Below, in pieces: positions 55,014-63,609 of a stretch of 64,000 nt of DNA. Every line of letters begins with the position of its first letter. Position 1 is the first letter of the stretch. Position numbers and translations under genes: made by a program. The notes beneath the pieces are model-generated. The model worked only from the letters and a program-made list of their open reading frames with translations, was not told where the DNA came from and made no database searches. The DNA is from a virus. Location: the IMG/VR virus record IMGVR_UViG_3300021185_003284, positions 1 through 64,000 of that record; one strand, given 5' to 3'.

Positions 55014-55607
55014 ATGAAAAACTTATTATTAACTATAGTTGTGTCTTTAGCCAGCACCGTTGTGATGGCATTTAGTTTAGCAACAAGAGGAGAAGTAAAG
55101 AGTGCAATAGAATTAGAACCAGAGAGGCCCTTGGCCTTAATTAACATCACCCCAGAAATCACAGCTCCAAAAATAGAGCTCATAATTAAAAATCACAGTA
55201 AGTTTCTAGAAGACATCGGAATGAGAGAGTCTTCCGGAAACTATAAAGCAGTCAATCAATTCGGATATTTAGGTAAGTATCAGTTCGGAAGAAGAACTCT
55301 TGATGCATTAGGATATGATAATGTATCTAATAGAGAGTTTTTATCTAATGGATCTATCCAAGAAGAAGCTATGTATGCTCTACTTACTCATAATAGAAAG
55401 ATACTTAGAAGACAGATAAGCAAATACGTAGGACAAACAATAGCAGGTGTATACATTACAGAGTCAGGTCTGTTAGCAGCAGCTCATTTAGCTGGTCCAG
55501 GTAATGTTAAAAAGTTCCTTAGAAAAGGTTATGAATTTAAAGATGGTAACGGTACTACAATGACATCTTATATGACAAAGTTTAGTAACTATAGGTTGGA
55601 ATTCTGA
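55014..55607 (+). CDS. lysozyme-like/lytic transglycosylase with a signal anchor
   Basis: RESSGNY, GKYQFG, AAHLAG. Confidence 0.8.
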   Translation: MKNLLLTIVVSLASTVVMAFSLATRGEVKSAIELEPERPLALINITPEITAPKIELIIKNHSKFLEDIGMRESSGNYKAVNQFGYLGKYQFGRRTLDALGYDNVSNREFLSNGSIQEEAMYALLTHNRKILRRQISKYVGQTIAGVYITESGLLAAAHLAGPGNVKKFLRKGYEFKDGNGTTMTSYMTKFSNYRLEF

Positions 55608-55656
55608 TATAATTTTCTTATATTAAGGTATAATTAATTAATAAAAAATAAAGGTT

Positions 55657-55959
55657 ATGACAAAAGCGAAACGCCACTACGAATCTTGGTCAATTGATGA
55701 AGCAAGATTATTTATGAATTACTATTTAGCTAATATTACTAGAAAAGATTATAGTCTAGTATTAGATAATTTTTCAAAGGAAGTTGATAGAACTTATGAT
55801 GCTATTGCATTTAGAGTAAAAGAAGTTTTGAGTATATTAACTGATGGAGATCAAGGTCTTAAAAAAGATAAATGGACAAAAGAATTTATCTATGTTGTTG
55901 ATGAAAAGCTAAATGAAGGCTCTATTTCTAAAGCTAAAATGATAATGTTGTTTGAATAA
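55657..55959 (+). CDS. hypothetical protein (possibly Myb-like helical)
   Basis: WSIDE...RTYDAI..R. Confidence 0.6.
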   Translation: MTKAKRHYESWSIDEARLFMNYYLANITRKDYSLVLDNFSKEVDRTYDAIAFRVKEVLSILTDGDQGLKKDKWTKEFIYVVDEKLNEGSISKAKMIMLFE

Positions 55960-56294
55960 TGGGTAGAGAAAAAGCAGGACATACTGAGAAAATCAGGTTC
56001 GACTTTCCTACTGAAGCAGTATTGGAAGTTAATATTAAAGGTAATTGGTATAGAGTCACTTCACAAGACTTTAGATCTTTTGACGGTAAAAGAAGATATT
56101 CTAAACCTACTCGTCAACCAGGCCTTGGCATGAAAGATATGCACGAGATAGAATTTATTACTGTTGATTATACTGATGAACCTCTTTACATGTTTGGTAC
56201 TAATATTCAGGTACTAGATAGAGAGATGAATGAAAAGATAGTCAATAGTCCTTATTACGAAAAAGTAACTAAAGTATCAGGATCAAGAACATGA
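55959..56294 (+). CDS. hypothetical protein
   Basis: WYRVTSQDFRSFDG. Confidence 0.7.
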   Translation: MGREKAGHTEKIRFDFPTEAVLEVNIKGNWYRVTSQDFRSFDGKRRYSKPTRQPGLGMKDMHEIEFITVDYTDEPLYMFGTNIQVLDREMNEKIVNSPYYEKVTKVSGSRT

Positions 56295-56587
56295 TAAAAT
56301 TACATTTTGAAAATACTAATGAATTTGAAGGTTTATTTAAATCTAAAAAATTAGCAGTCACTCAGGGCATTGTCCAAGGTATAGAAGAAGCTATGAAAAG
56401 AAATGTTAAGAGTGCTGATTTATTTCAACTCTCTTTTGGAGACTCAGATATGATGTATGAACTTTCACTACCTAGATCTCAATGGGTTGTTGCATTAGAG
56501 TCTTGTCTAGAACATTACCATGAATTACAATTAGCAGATGATGCTATAGATACGTGGAAACTTCTAGAAGCAGCTAAAGTCTGGTAA
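56291..56587 (+). CDS. hypothetical protein
   Basis: ORF in operon. Confidence 0.7.
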   Translation: MIKLHFENTNEFEGLFKSKKLAVTQGIVQGIEEAMKRNVKSADLFQLSFGDSDMMYELSLPRSQWVVALESCLEHYHELQLADDAIDTWKLLEAAKVW

Positions 56588-56685
56588 ATAAAGTTAAACT
56601 TTTCCGGAAATAACTATGTAAATAGTTGCCTAGGAACTTAATTATTCATATATTAAGGTATAATTAAAAAGGTAAAATAAAGGTT

Positions 56686-57429
56686 ATGACAAATATTAAA
56701 ACAGTTAAAATGAAGGACATGAAGTTTGATCCTTCTCTATTCCGTCCAATGAAATCAGGACGTATAATCGATGCTCACTTCTCTTCTCAGAAAGGTTTGA
56801 TGAAAGGTACTAACTATGCAATCGTAGGTGATCCAGGTATTGGTAAAACTACTGTTATGTTAGATATGTTAGCTGACTTACAGAATAAAGGTAAGAAAGT
56901 TTTATTTATTTCTGGTGAAATGAATCAGATTGATATGTACGGTTACGTAAAAAGATACCCTAAGTTTGGTGAACTTCCAATATTATTTATGGGTGACCAT
57001 ACTGAAGATAATAACTTAGAAGTTATTGAAAATATCTTATCAGAAGGTTGGGATGTTGTACTTATAGATTCTATGGCAGAGGTTCAAAATGCTGTTGTAG
57101 ATACTCATAAAGGATGGATGTCATCTAAAAAAGCTGAGACTGAATTATTGAACTTATTTGAAAAGCATAATTTAGGTCAGAATGATTCTAATACTAATAC
57201 TTCTTTCTTAGTTATTCAACAAGTTACTAAAGGTGGTGAGTTTGCTGGATCGAATAGATTTAAGCATATGATGACTGGAATGGCTCATATGAAATGGACT
57301 AAAGAAGGTGATAGAACTTTCTTCTTCTCAAAAAACAGAAGAGGTGGTGATATGTCTGTAAGAATGTTTAGCTTGCAGAATAGAAATAGAATCGGATGGT
57401 TAGGAACTGTTGCAGTAGGTCAAGAATAA
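56686..57429 (+). CDS. RadA/Sms-like RecA-fold ATPase
   Basis: GDPGIGKTT, FISGEM, LIDS, QVTKGGEFAGS, KNRRG. Confidence 0.85.
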   Translation: MTNIKTVKMKDMKFDPSLFRPMKSGRIIDAHFSSQKGLMKGTNYAIVGDPGIGKTTVMLDMLADLQNKGKKVLFISGEMNQIDMYGYVKRYPKFGELPILFMGDHTEDNNLEVIENILSEGWDVVLIDSMAEVQNAVVDTHKGWMSSKKAETELLNLFEKHNLGQNDSNTNTSFLVIQQVTKGGEFAGSNRFKHMMTGMAHMKWTKEGDRTFFFSKNRRGGDMSVRMFSLQNRNRIGWLGTVAVGQE

Positions 57430-57515
57430 AGTTACTTAAATAGTTGCCTCACAAAGATAAAATTCGTATATTGTAAATATAAATTAATAATTAATAATTA
57501 AATAAAAATCAGGTT

Positions 57516-58361
57516 ATGTCAGATATTATGTTCAATTTTAAGCAAGATGAAACTTACATGAGTAAGGAAGATCTTAGGAATGAATGCCCTTTAGCATTCG
57601 CTAGTGCACCAACTAACCCTAATGTTAGTGGTAAATACTTATTCGTTAATACAGAAACTATTGTAGACGATTTAGATAAGTTAGGATGGAAACCAGTTCA
57701 AGCTGCTCAAAGAAAAGCTAGAGGTAATGCAGGTACTATTTTTAGTAAGCATATGGTTGCATTCCAGAATCCAGATATTAAGATTAAAGGTGAAGGCGGA
57801 GATGATGCTTGGCCTAGAATTATTATGACGAACAGTCATGATGGTATGCAAGCGTTTAAGTTTAGCGTTGGTATATTTAGAATGGTTTGTTCTAATGGTT
57901 TAGTAGTTGCAGATGAGCAATTTAGTGACTTTAAGATTAAGCATAAAGGTTATACCTTTGGTGAACTTAGAGAAGTAGTTAATCAAGCTGTAGCTGATCT
58001 TCCTAATAGAGTCCAAGTATTAAACGATATGAAAGATAGAGTTCTTACTCAAGAAGAAAAGAATAAATTAGCTTTAGATGCTATGTTAATTAGAGCTAAT
58101 ATTACTCCTGGTTCTGAAAAAGCAAAAGAGTTTAATTATGATGCTGAGACTATTGAAGATATTCTTGATCCTAAAAGAGATGAAGATAAAGGAGATGATC
58201 TTTGGAGAGTATTTAATGTAGTACAAGAAAAGATTACTCAAGGAGATTTCCATGCTGCATTAACAGGTGCAAAAGTAAGAAAAGTTCGTAAAATTAAATC
58301 TTTCGAAAAGGACTTGAAAGTTAATAAGGAACTATTTAAATTAGCGACTAATTTAATTTAG
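57516..58361 (+). CDS. DUF932/DUF945 family protein
   Basis: NSHDG, GIFRMVCSNGLV, LWRVFNVVQE. Confidence 0.88.
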   Translation: MSDIMFNFKQDETYMSKEDLRNECPLAFASAPTNPNVSGKYLFVNTETIVDDLDKLGWKPVQAAQRKARGNAGTIFSKHMVAFQNPDIKIKGEGGDDAWPRIIMTNSHDGMQAFKFSVGIFRMVCSNGLVVADEQFSDFKIKHKGYTFGELREVVNQAVADLPNRVQVLNDMKDRVLTQEEKNKLALDAMLIRANITPGSEKAKEFNYDAETIEDILDPKRDEDKGDDLWRVFNVVQEKITQGDFHAALTGAKVRKVRKIKSFEKDLKVNKELFKLATNLI

Positions 58362-58414
58362 AAACATTCTAAATAAAAGTTGGTTATTAACTCTTAAAAG
58401 ACTATATTGTATAT

Positions 58415-59140
58415 ATGAATGTAGCAGTATTAGTAGAAATTATAAAAGAGACGGACAAAAATTGGCGATTCATATTTGAGTCGCCTTTGTACGATAAGAT
58501 AGATTTCGTCTCTGGCCAGCTTGTTCAATTAGCGATCCAGGATCCTATTGAGGCAGGCTACTACCATAAAAGAAATTATTCAGTAGCATCTTGGCCAGAT
58601 GGTACAAACAGGTTTGAACTTATCATAACCTACATACCTGGAGGTTTATTCTCTGAGTTTTTATTTAAGGAAGCAAAGATAGGAGATGAATTTCTCTACA
58701 GAGGTCCATTAGGAGTATTTACTTTACCGAACTTACAGAAACTAGATAGAGATATATACTTTGTGAGTACTGGTTCCGGAATAAGTCCTTTTAGATCCAT
58801 AATGGGTTGGATAGGAGAAAATCCTGATAAGATAGAAACTAAGAAGCTTAAATTATTCTTTGGTACACGAACTGAAAAGGAAATACTTTATAGAGATGAA
58901 ATGGAGGCTTTAGAAAAGAAGCTTCCTAACTTTGAATTCATTCCAACATTATCTCAAGAACAATGGGACGGTAAAACAGGATATGTCCATGACCACTACC
59001 TTAAACTAATAGATGAGATGGATGAAAAACCTTTAGTATACTATTGTGGATGGGATAAAATGATTAGAGAAGGAAGAAGCCATCTAGATGCTAGAGGATT
59101 TGAAATGACTAAAGATATCAGAGTAGAAATATTTGGATAA
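58415..59140 (+). CDS. FAD/NAD(P)H ferredoxin reductase-type oxidoreductase
   Basis: RNYSVAS, GGLFS, GPLG, TGSGISPF, YYCG. Confidence 0.9.
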   Translation: MNVAVLVEIIKETDKNWRFIFESPLYDKIDFVSGQLVQLAIQDPIEAGYYHKRNYSVASWPDGTNRFELIITYIPGGLFSEFLFKEAKIGDEFLYRGPLGVFTLPNLQKLDRDIYFVSTGSGISPFRSIMGWIGENPDKIETKKLKLFFGTRTEKEILYRDEMEALEKKLPNFEFIPTLSQEQWDGKTGYVHDHYLKLIDEMDEKPLVYYCGWDKMIREGRSHLDARGFEMTKDIRVEIFG

Positions 59141-59586
59141 TGGAAGGACCAATGGCAGCTTTAGACCTTCTTAACGAAAAGGCATTTCAGCATATAAAAA
59201 ATAACGTCGTCACTCAATTAACTTGTAGAAAAATTGGTCTTACGTTTTGTGCTTTGACCGATATTTATAAAGGACAAGAGGTATTCCTACCTTGGGATGG
59301 ACCAACAAGGGAATACAGCTTTATTGTAGATAGGATCGAAGAACTCCACGGAAACGTATTTGGTACCCTACTACGATACTTTGACAATCATTCTTATTTA
59401 GAAAAGGGTGTTGTTAATTTTAAATTAGTGCACGGTGTTAACTTTATAGTGGCACAACCTGAATGTATTTTATCCCCCGATGGAGAGGGTGGCAACTTAG
59501 AGTCAGGAACTATAAAGGCTAGATGGGATATTATTGCTACAACAGAGCTTTCACTCTATGAAGCAAGAAGTAGACCACTTTTGTAA
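59140..59586 (+). CDS. degenerate SET-domain-like protein
   Basis: GLTFCALTDIYKGQEVF and ARWDIIATTELSLY; canonical NHS motif absent. Confidence 0.5.
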   Translation: MEGPMAALDLLNEKAFQHIKNNVVTQLTCRKIGLTFCALTDIYKGQEVFLPWDGPTREYSFIVDRIEELHGNVFGTLLRYFDNHSYLEKGVVNFKLVHGVNFIVAQPECILSPDGEGGNLESGTIKARWDIIATTELSLYEARSRPLL

Positions 59587-59646
59587 TACTATGCGTAATT
59601 GATAATTAACAATATTTATAATAAACACTAATAAAACCCAAAAAGA

Positions 59647-61881
59647 ATGAAAGGTACATTATTTTCAGCTGACTTTGTAAAAGACGGAAACGGCGATAGT
59701 AAACTAATCGAAATCAACACTGATACAGCTTGTATCGCAGGATTAGCTTCTAACATCGACTTTACTGATCTTTACTCAGTTTTAGCTACAAACACAATCA
59801 CAGACCTACAGGTAATCTATAAAGAATTTCAAGAGCCAATCTTAGATAGACTTAAAGCTCAGAAACCTGAGGGAGTAACAATCACCGAACATAAGGAAAT
59901 ACACTCTTCTATATATCCAACTTCTATAGCAGACGATGCTACTAAGTTTATATTGAGATTAGCTTATGACGAAAATGCATTATTAGATGCCATTTACGCT
60001 AAAAATGATGCAAACTTACATGGTTTGTTCGGAGCACAAGGACCAGCATCAGCATCACTTGTAGTATCTGCTAAACAGTCAGCAGATTCCTCTAACCTTA
60101 ATTACGTATTAAACGGACCAACAGAACCAGATTTTGCTGTTAAGCCTAAAGTTCCTACTAAATCAGGAATTGACTTTTATAAGCTAGGAGGTTCAACAGG
60201 ATCTATTGAAGACAGGATAAACGAATTTACTGCTTCTATTGATTCAGGCGTTAATGTAATTACAAACTACGTTAGTGATGCAACAGATACAGCTAAGTCA
60301 GTAAGATCATATCAAATCGTATATGGAGCTGATTTAGATATCACTTGGTTAGGTGCTTATACTCTTGATGCTTTATTTACTCATACTTTAAGTTTAGTAT
60401 ACGATGATAATAAAGTAGTTAATAAATTAGCTAACAAGCATTACTATGAATTTGCTACTAATGACATCTCAGATAACGAAGGTGTTTATTATGAGGCTAA
60501 AATTAAGAAAGAAGATGGTAACTACGATGTAGCGGAAGATGCAGTAATAGGTACATTATATGATTCTTATTATGTAAGTGGATCGCCGATGACTGATAAC
60601 AGTCTTATATTAGACTCATGGTCTTTTGCTGGAGATACTCTACCTTCTGGTTCATATAGTACATCATCATCTTTACAGTCAAACACTTCAGTCACAATGG
60701 GAGATAATTCATTAAGAAGAATTACTCTTGATGACGGACAAACAGTACTATTAGGAGGAGCTAACAGAGCATTAGTACATGATAATGTTAATAATGAAAC
60801 TTCTTACTTAAGAGCTAGAGATATTAAAGCTGGATTCAAATTATTTGATGAAAACGGAGCTAGTAAAGGAGTTACTGCACATGATATAATCATATTAGAT
60901 AACGACTCAGATTCTAAAATTATAGAATTAGGAGTAGAGGATGTAGATAACTATGTTGTAAGTGGGTCTAATACTATTATTCACAACGCACCTTGTTTCA
61001 TTGCCGGAACTAAAGTTAATATGGAAGACGGTTCAATGAAGAATATTGAAGACGTTAAAGAAGGAGATCAAGTATGTTGTTGGGACTTTGAAATAAATGG
61101 TTTCTCAAATGAGAAAGTATTAATAACTACTGAAACAGAAGATCAGAAAGTAGTACAGATAACATTTAAATGCTTCGGTAATGATCTAGATATATATGCA
61201 ACTCCAGACCATCCATTCTTTGTAGAAGGTGGTAAAGGTTGGGCATGTCAAGATCCAGAATTACTTAAAGAAAAGACTGGAATGGAAGCTGCTCTATTAG
61301 ATGCAGGAGATAGTATACTGACAGGTAAGGAAGGAGAAACTTCTATTGTTACAGGAATTACTTCTTGTGACTGGACAGCGACAGTATATAACTTAGATAA
61401 CGTATTCAAATATAATAACTACTTTATATATGGAATGTTAGTACACAACAGATTTATCTTTTCTTGTCATACTTATGATAGTAAAGTAGAAATGGCTGAT
61501 GGTACTCACAAAGCTATAGGAGAAGTAAAAGTTGGAGATAAAGTAAAATCTATCAAAGACGGAATCGTAACAGAAGGTACTGTTACTGATCATTTAATTC
61601 ACGTTACTAACGATGTAATGAGAACAATCAAAACTACTAATGGATATACAGAAATCAATCACCCAATCTTAGTTGACGGTGAGTGGGTAGCTGCTAAAGA
61701 ATTAGGAGAAGTAGAAAGTGTATTTGTTGATAACTTCTATAACTTAGAAATTGACGGAAACATTTCTGAAAGTGATCATAACTATATCGTTGACGGAATG
61801 GTATCATCAGGATTAGGAGACAGCAAAGAGCTTAATGCTAAATATCAGAGACAACCTAAACAATTAACTAAACACTTATAA
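59647..61881 (+). CDS. ATP-grasp-like domain fused to three tandem Hint (intein-like) domains
   Basis: ADF...KLIEINTD and AVKP; ...IIHN-AP-CFIAGT...ATPDHPF...LVHN-RFIFS-CHTYDS...NHPI...HNYIVDG. Confidence 0.8.
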   Translation: MKGTLFSADFVKDGNGDSKLIEINTDTACIAGLASNIDFTDLYSVLATNTITDLQVIYKEFQEPILDRLKAQKPEGVTITEHKEIHSSIYPTSIADDATKFILRLAYDENALLDAIYAKNDANLHGLFGAQGPASASLVVSAKQSADSSNLNYVLNGPTEPDFAVKPKVPTKSGIDFYKLGGSTGSIEDRINEFTASIDSGVNVITNYVSDATDTAKSVRSYQIVYGADLDITWLGAYTLDALFTHTLSLVYDDNKVVNKLANKHYYEFATNDISDNEGVYYEAKIKKEDGNYDVAEDAVIGTLYDSYYVSGSPMTDNSLILDSWSFAGDTLPSGSYSTSSSLQSNTSVTMGDNSLRRITLDDGQTVLLGGANRALVHDNVNNETSYLRARDIKAGFKLFDENGASKGVTAHDIIILDNDSDSKIIELGVEDVDNYVVSGSNTIIHNAPCFIAGTKVNMEDGSMKNIEDVKEGDQVCCWDFEINGFSNEKVLITTETEDQKVVQITFKCFGNDLDIYATPDHPFFVEGGKGWACQDPELLKEKTGMEAALLDAGDSILTGKEGETSIVTGITSCDWTATVYNLDNVFKYNNYFIYGMLVHNRFIFSCHTYDSKVEMADGTHKAIGEVKVGDKVKSIKDGIVTEGTVTDHLIHVTNDVMRTIKTTNGYTEINHPILVDGEWVAAKELGEVESVFVDNFYNLEIDGNISESDHNYIVDGMVSSGLGDSKELNAKYQRQPKQLTKHL

Positions 61882-61883
61882 TC

Positions 61884-62021
61884 ATGCCAGAAATATATAA
61901 AACAATCTCACTAGCAGATTACGGAAACAGAAATGCAACGGCTTTGACTGCTGACGAACAAACAGATGTAAGAGCAACTGTTACTAAGTTCATCGAACTT
62001 TTCAAAGCAGAACATTTATAA
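61884..62021 (+). CDS. 45-aa hypothetical protein, not in ORF track
   Basis: Fills the gap after the Hint gene; MPEIYKTISLADYG...FKAEHL. Confidence 0.6.
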   Translation: MPEIYKTISLADYGNRNATALTADEQTDVRATVTKFIELFKAEHL

Positions 62022-62030
62022 GATAGTTAA

Positions 62031-62573
62031 ATGATCTTAGAGCAAAAGGTTTTATTGACTCCTAAGGAGTGTCAAGATGTAATAGCATCATGTAAAGACA
62101 TTTGGTACCCATCATTATTGGGTAAGGAGGAATATAAACCTAAGCTTAGAAATAGTTTCGTACATATTAAGAAACCAAGAAAAGGAGAGGCCTTGTATGA
62201 ATACATACAAAGAGGCCTTTCCCTTGTTTCTGAAGAGCTCGTATCTGAAGAACCTTTACTTATTCAGATATTAAAATACAAAAAAGGAGGATTTATCTAC
62301 AAGCATAAAGATGACGTTACCTCTTCATTAAATGGTTTAGTTCAAGCACGTTACTACTTTATTATTCTTCTTAATGATGATTTTGAAGGAGGAGATTTTC
62401 TAGCATATGATAATAAAGATACTGTGTATAAATTAGATAGGAAACAAGGTAACATACTTATAGGAGATCCGACTATGTTTCATGAAGTTACTAAAGTTAC
62501 AAAAGGTACAAGATATAGCCTAATATGTTTTATTACACCAGACCTTCTTAAACCTAATAATACTATAATTTAA
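62031..62573 (+). CDS. 2OG-Fe(II) oxygenase (prolyl-hydroxylase-like)
   Basis: KY..GG...HKD, LNDDFEGG, HEVTKVTKGTRYS. Confidence 0.9.
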   Translation: MILEQKVLLTPKECQDVIASCKDIWYPSLLGKEEYKPKLRNSFVHIKKPRKGEALYEYIQRGLSLVSEELVSEEPLLIQILKYKKGGFIYKHKDDVTSSLNGLVQARYYFIILLNDDFEGGDFLAYDNKDTVYKLDRKQGNILIGDPTMFHEVTKVTKGTRYSLICFITPDLLKPNNTII

Positions 62574-63121
62574 TGAAACCTAATTTTAAACATTATGGTT
62601 CTATAAATGTAGCTCCTTTTCTTTCTGCTTTGGAAGCTATCAAACCTCAAGACTGGAGTAAATATACCTACCGTCAAGACTTATTTCCTATGCATAACAA
62701 AACTCAAACTATACCAGTACTATATGATACAGACTACGAAATAGGAGTAAGTAAAAAATCATCTTTTTACAAAATATTTGAAAGTTCAATAGAGCATGCA
62801 ACTAAAAAGATATCTGAGTTAACCAAATCTAACTGCTCTATAATAAGATTTATTATTACTAACCTTCCAGCTAATACAGTAGTCGATGAGCATAGAGATA
62901 AAGCAAATAGTTTTAAACTTTATAATAGAGTACATATACCTTTAATTACTAATGATAAAGTTCTTTTCACAGTAGGAGAAGAAACAATCAATATGCCTGT
63001 AGGAGAAATGTATGAAATAAACAACAATGATCAACTTCATGGAGTAGTAAATAGCAGTAACCAAGACAGGCTACATATTATTTTAGATTGGTATGATTAT
63101 ACTAAAAGAACAGCCATATGA
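62573..63121 (+). CDS. aspartyl/asparaginyl beta-hydroxylase-like oxygenase
   Basis: HRD, RVHIPLITN, EINN...HGVVN...DRLHIILD. Confidence 0.85.
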   Translation: MKPNFKHYGSINVAPFLSALEAIKPQDWSKYTYRQDLFPMHNKTQTIPVLYDTDYEIGVSKKSSFYKIFESSIEHATKKISELTKSNCSIIRFIITNLPANTVVDEHRDKANSFKLYNRVHIPLITNDKVLFTVGEETINMPVGEMYEINNNDQLHGVVNSSNQDRLHIILDWYDYTKRTAI

Positions 63122-63609
63122 AAAATATACTAATAATAGCATTACCAAGATCAGGAGGAACTTCTATTATGCATCAGTTAGCTGAAAAGCATAATTTAAA
63201 AGCAAGATTTGAACCTGAATTAACTCAATGGCCAGTAGCACCTAAAGACGACGTTACCAAAGTTATTGTTGATAGATTCAGTATGGTAGATATTTTTTCT
63301 ATAGCTGAAAATTACGATAATATTATATTGCATAGCAGACATGATATAGAATCTACAGCAGAATCTTTAGCTACAATGCTTCATCACTGGGGAGATGAAA
63401 GTCATGCTGAGAAACCATGGCATGCTGATTTACTCAAAGAAGTACCGCAGTGGTATTTAGAGCAAACTAACCATAGAATAGTACATTGTCAATTACTAAT
63501 GCATGTATTAAGTGACGAACTTAAAGTACCTATTCAATATTATGAAGATCTATTTGACCTTAATTCAAAAGAAAGATTAAGAAAAGATTTAGATAGAACA
63601 CTGTTATGA
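63118..63609 (+). CDS. sulfotransferase-like protein
   Basis: ALPRSGGTS PAPS loop, FEP, R......ES, YYEDLF. Confidence 0.7.
   Translation: MKNILIIALPRSGGTSIMHQLAEKHNLKARFEPELTQWPVAPKDDVTKVIVDRFSMVDIFSIAENYDNIILHSRHDIESTAESLATMLHHWGDESHAEKPWHADLLKEVPQWYLEQTNHRIVHCQLLMHVLSDELKVPIQYYEDLFDLNSKERLRKDLDRTLL

Noticed and set aside
60481-61881. Mobile homing inteins
   Set aside because: No LAGLIDADG/HNH insert, the +1 residues are Ala and Arg rather than Cys/Ser/Thr, and they do not interrupt a conserved host protein
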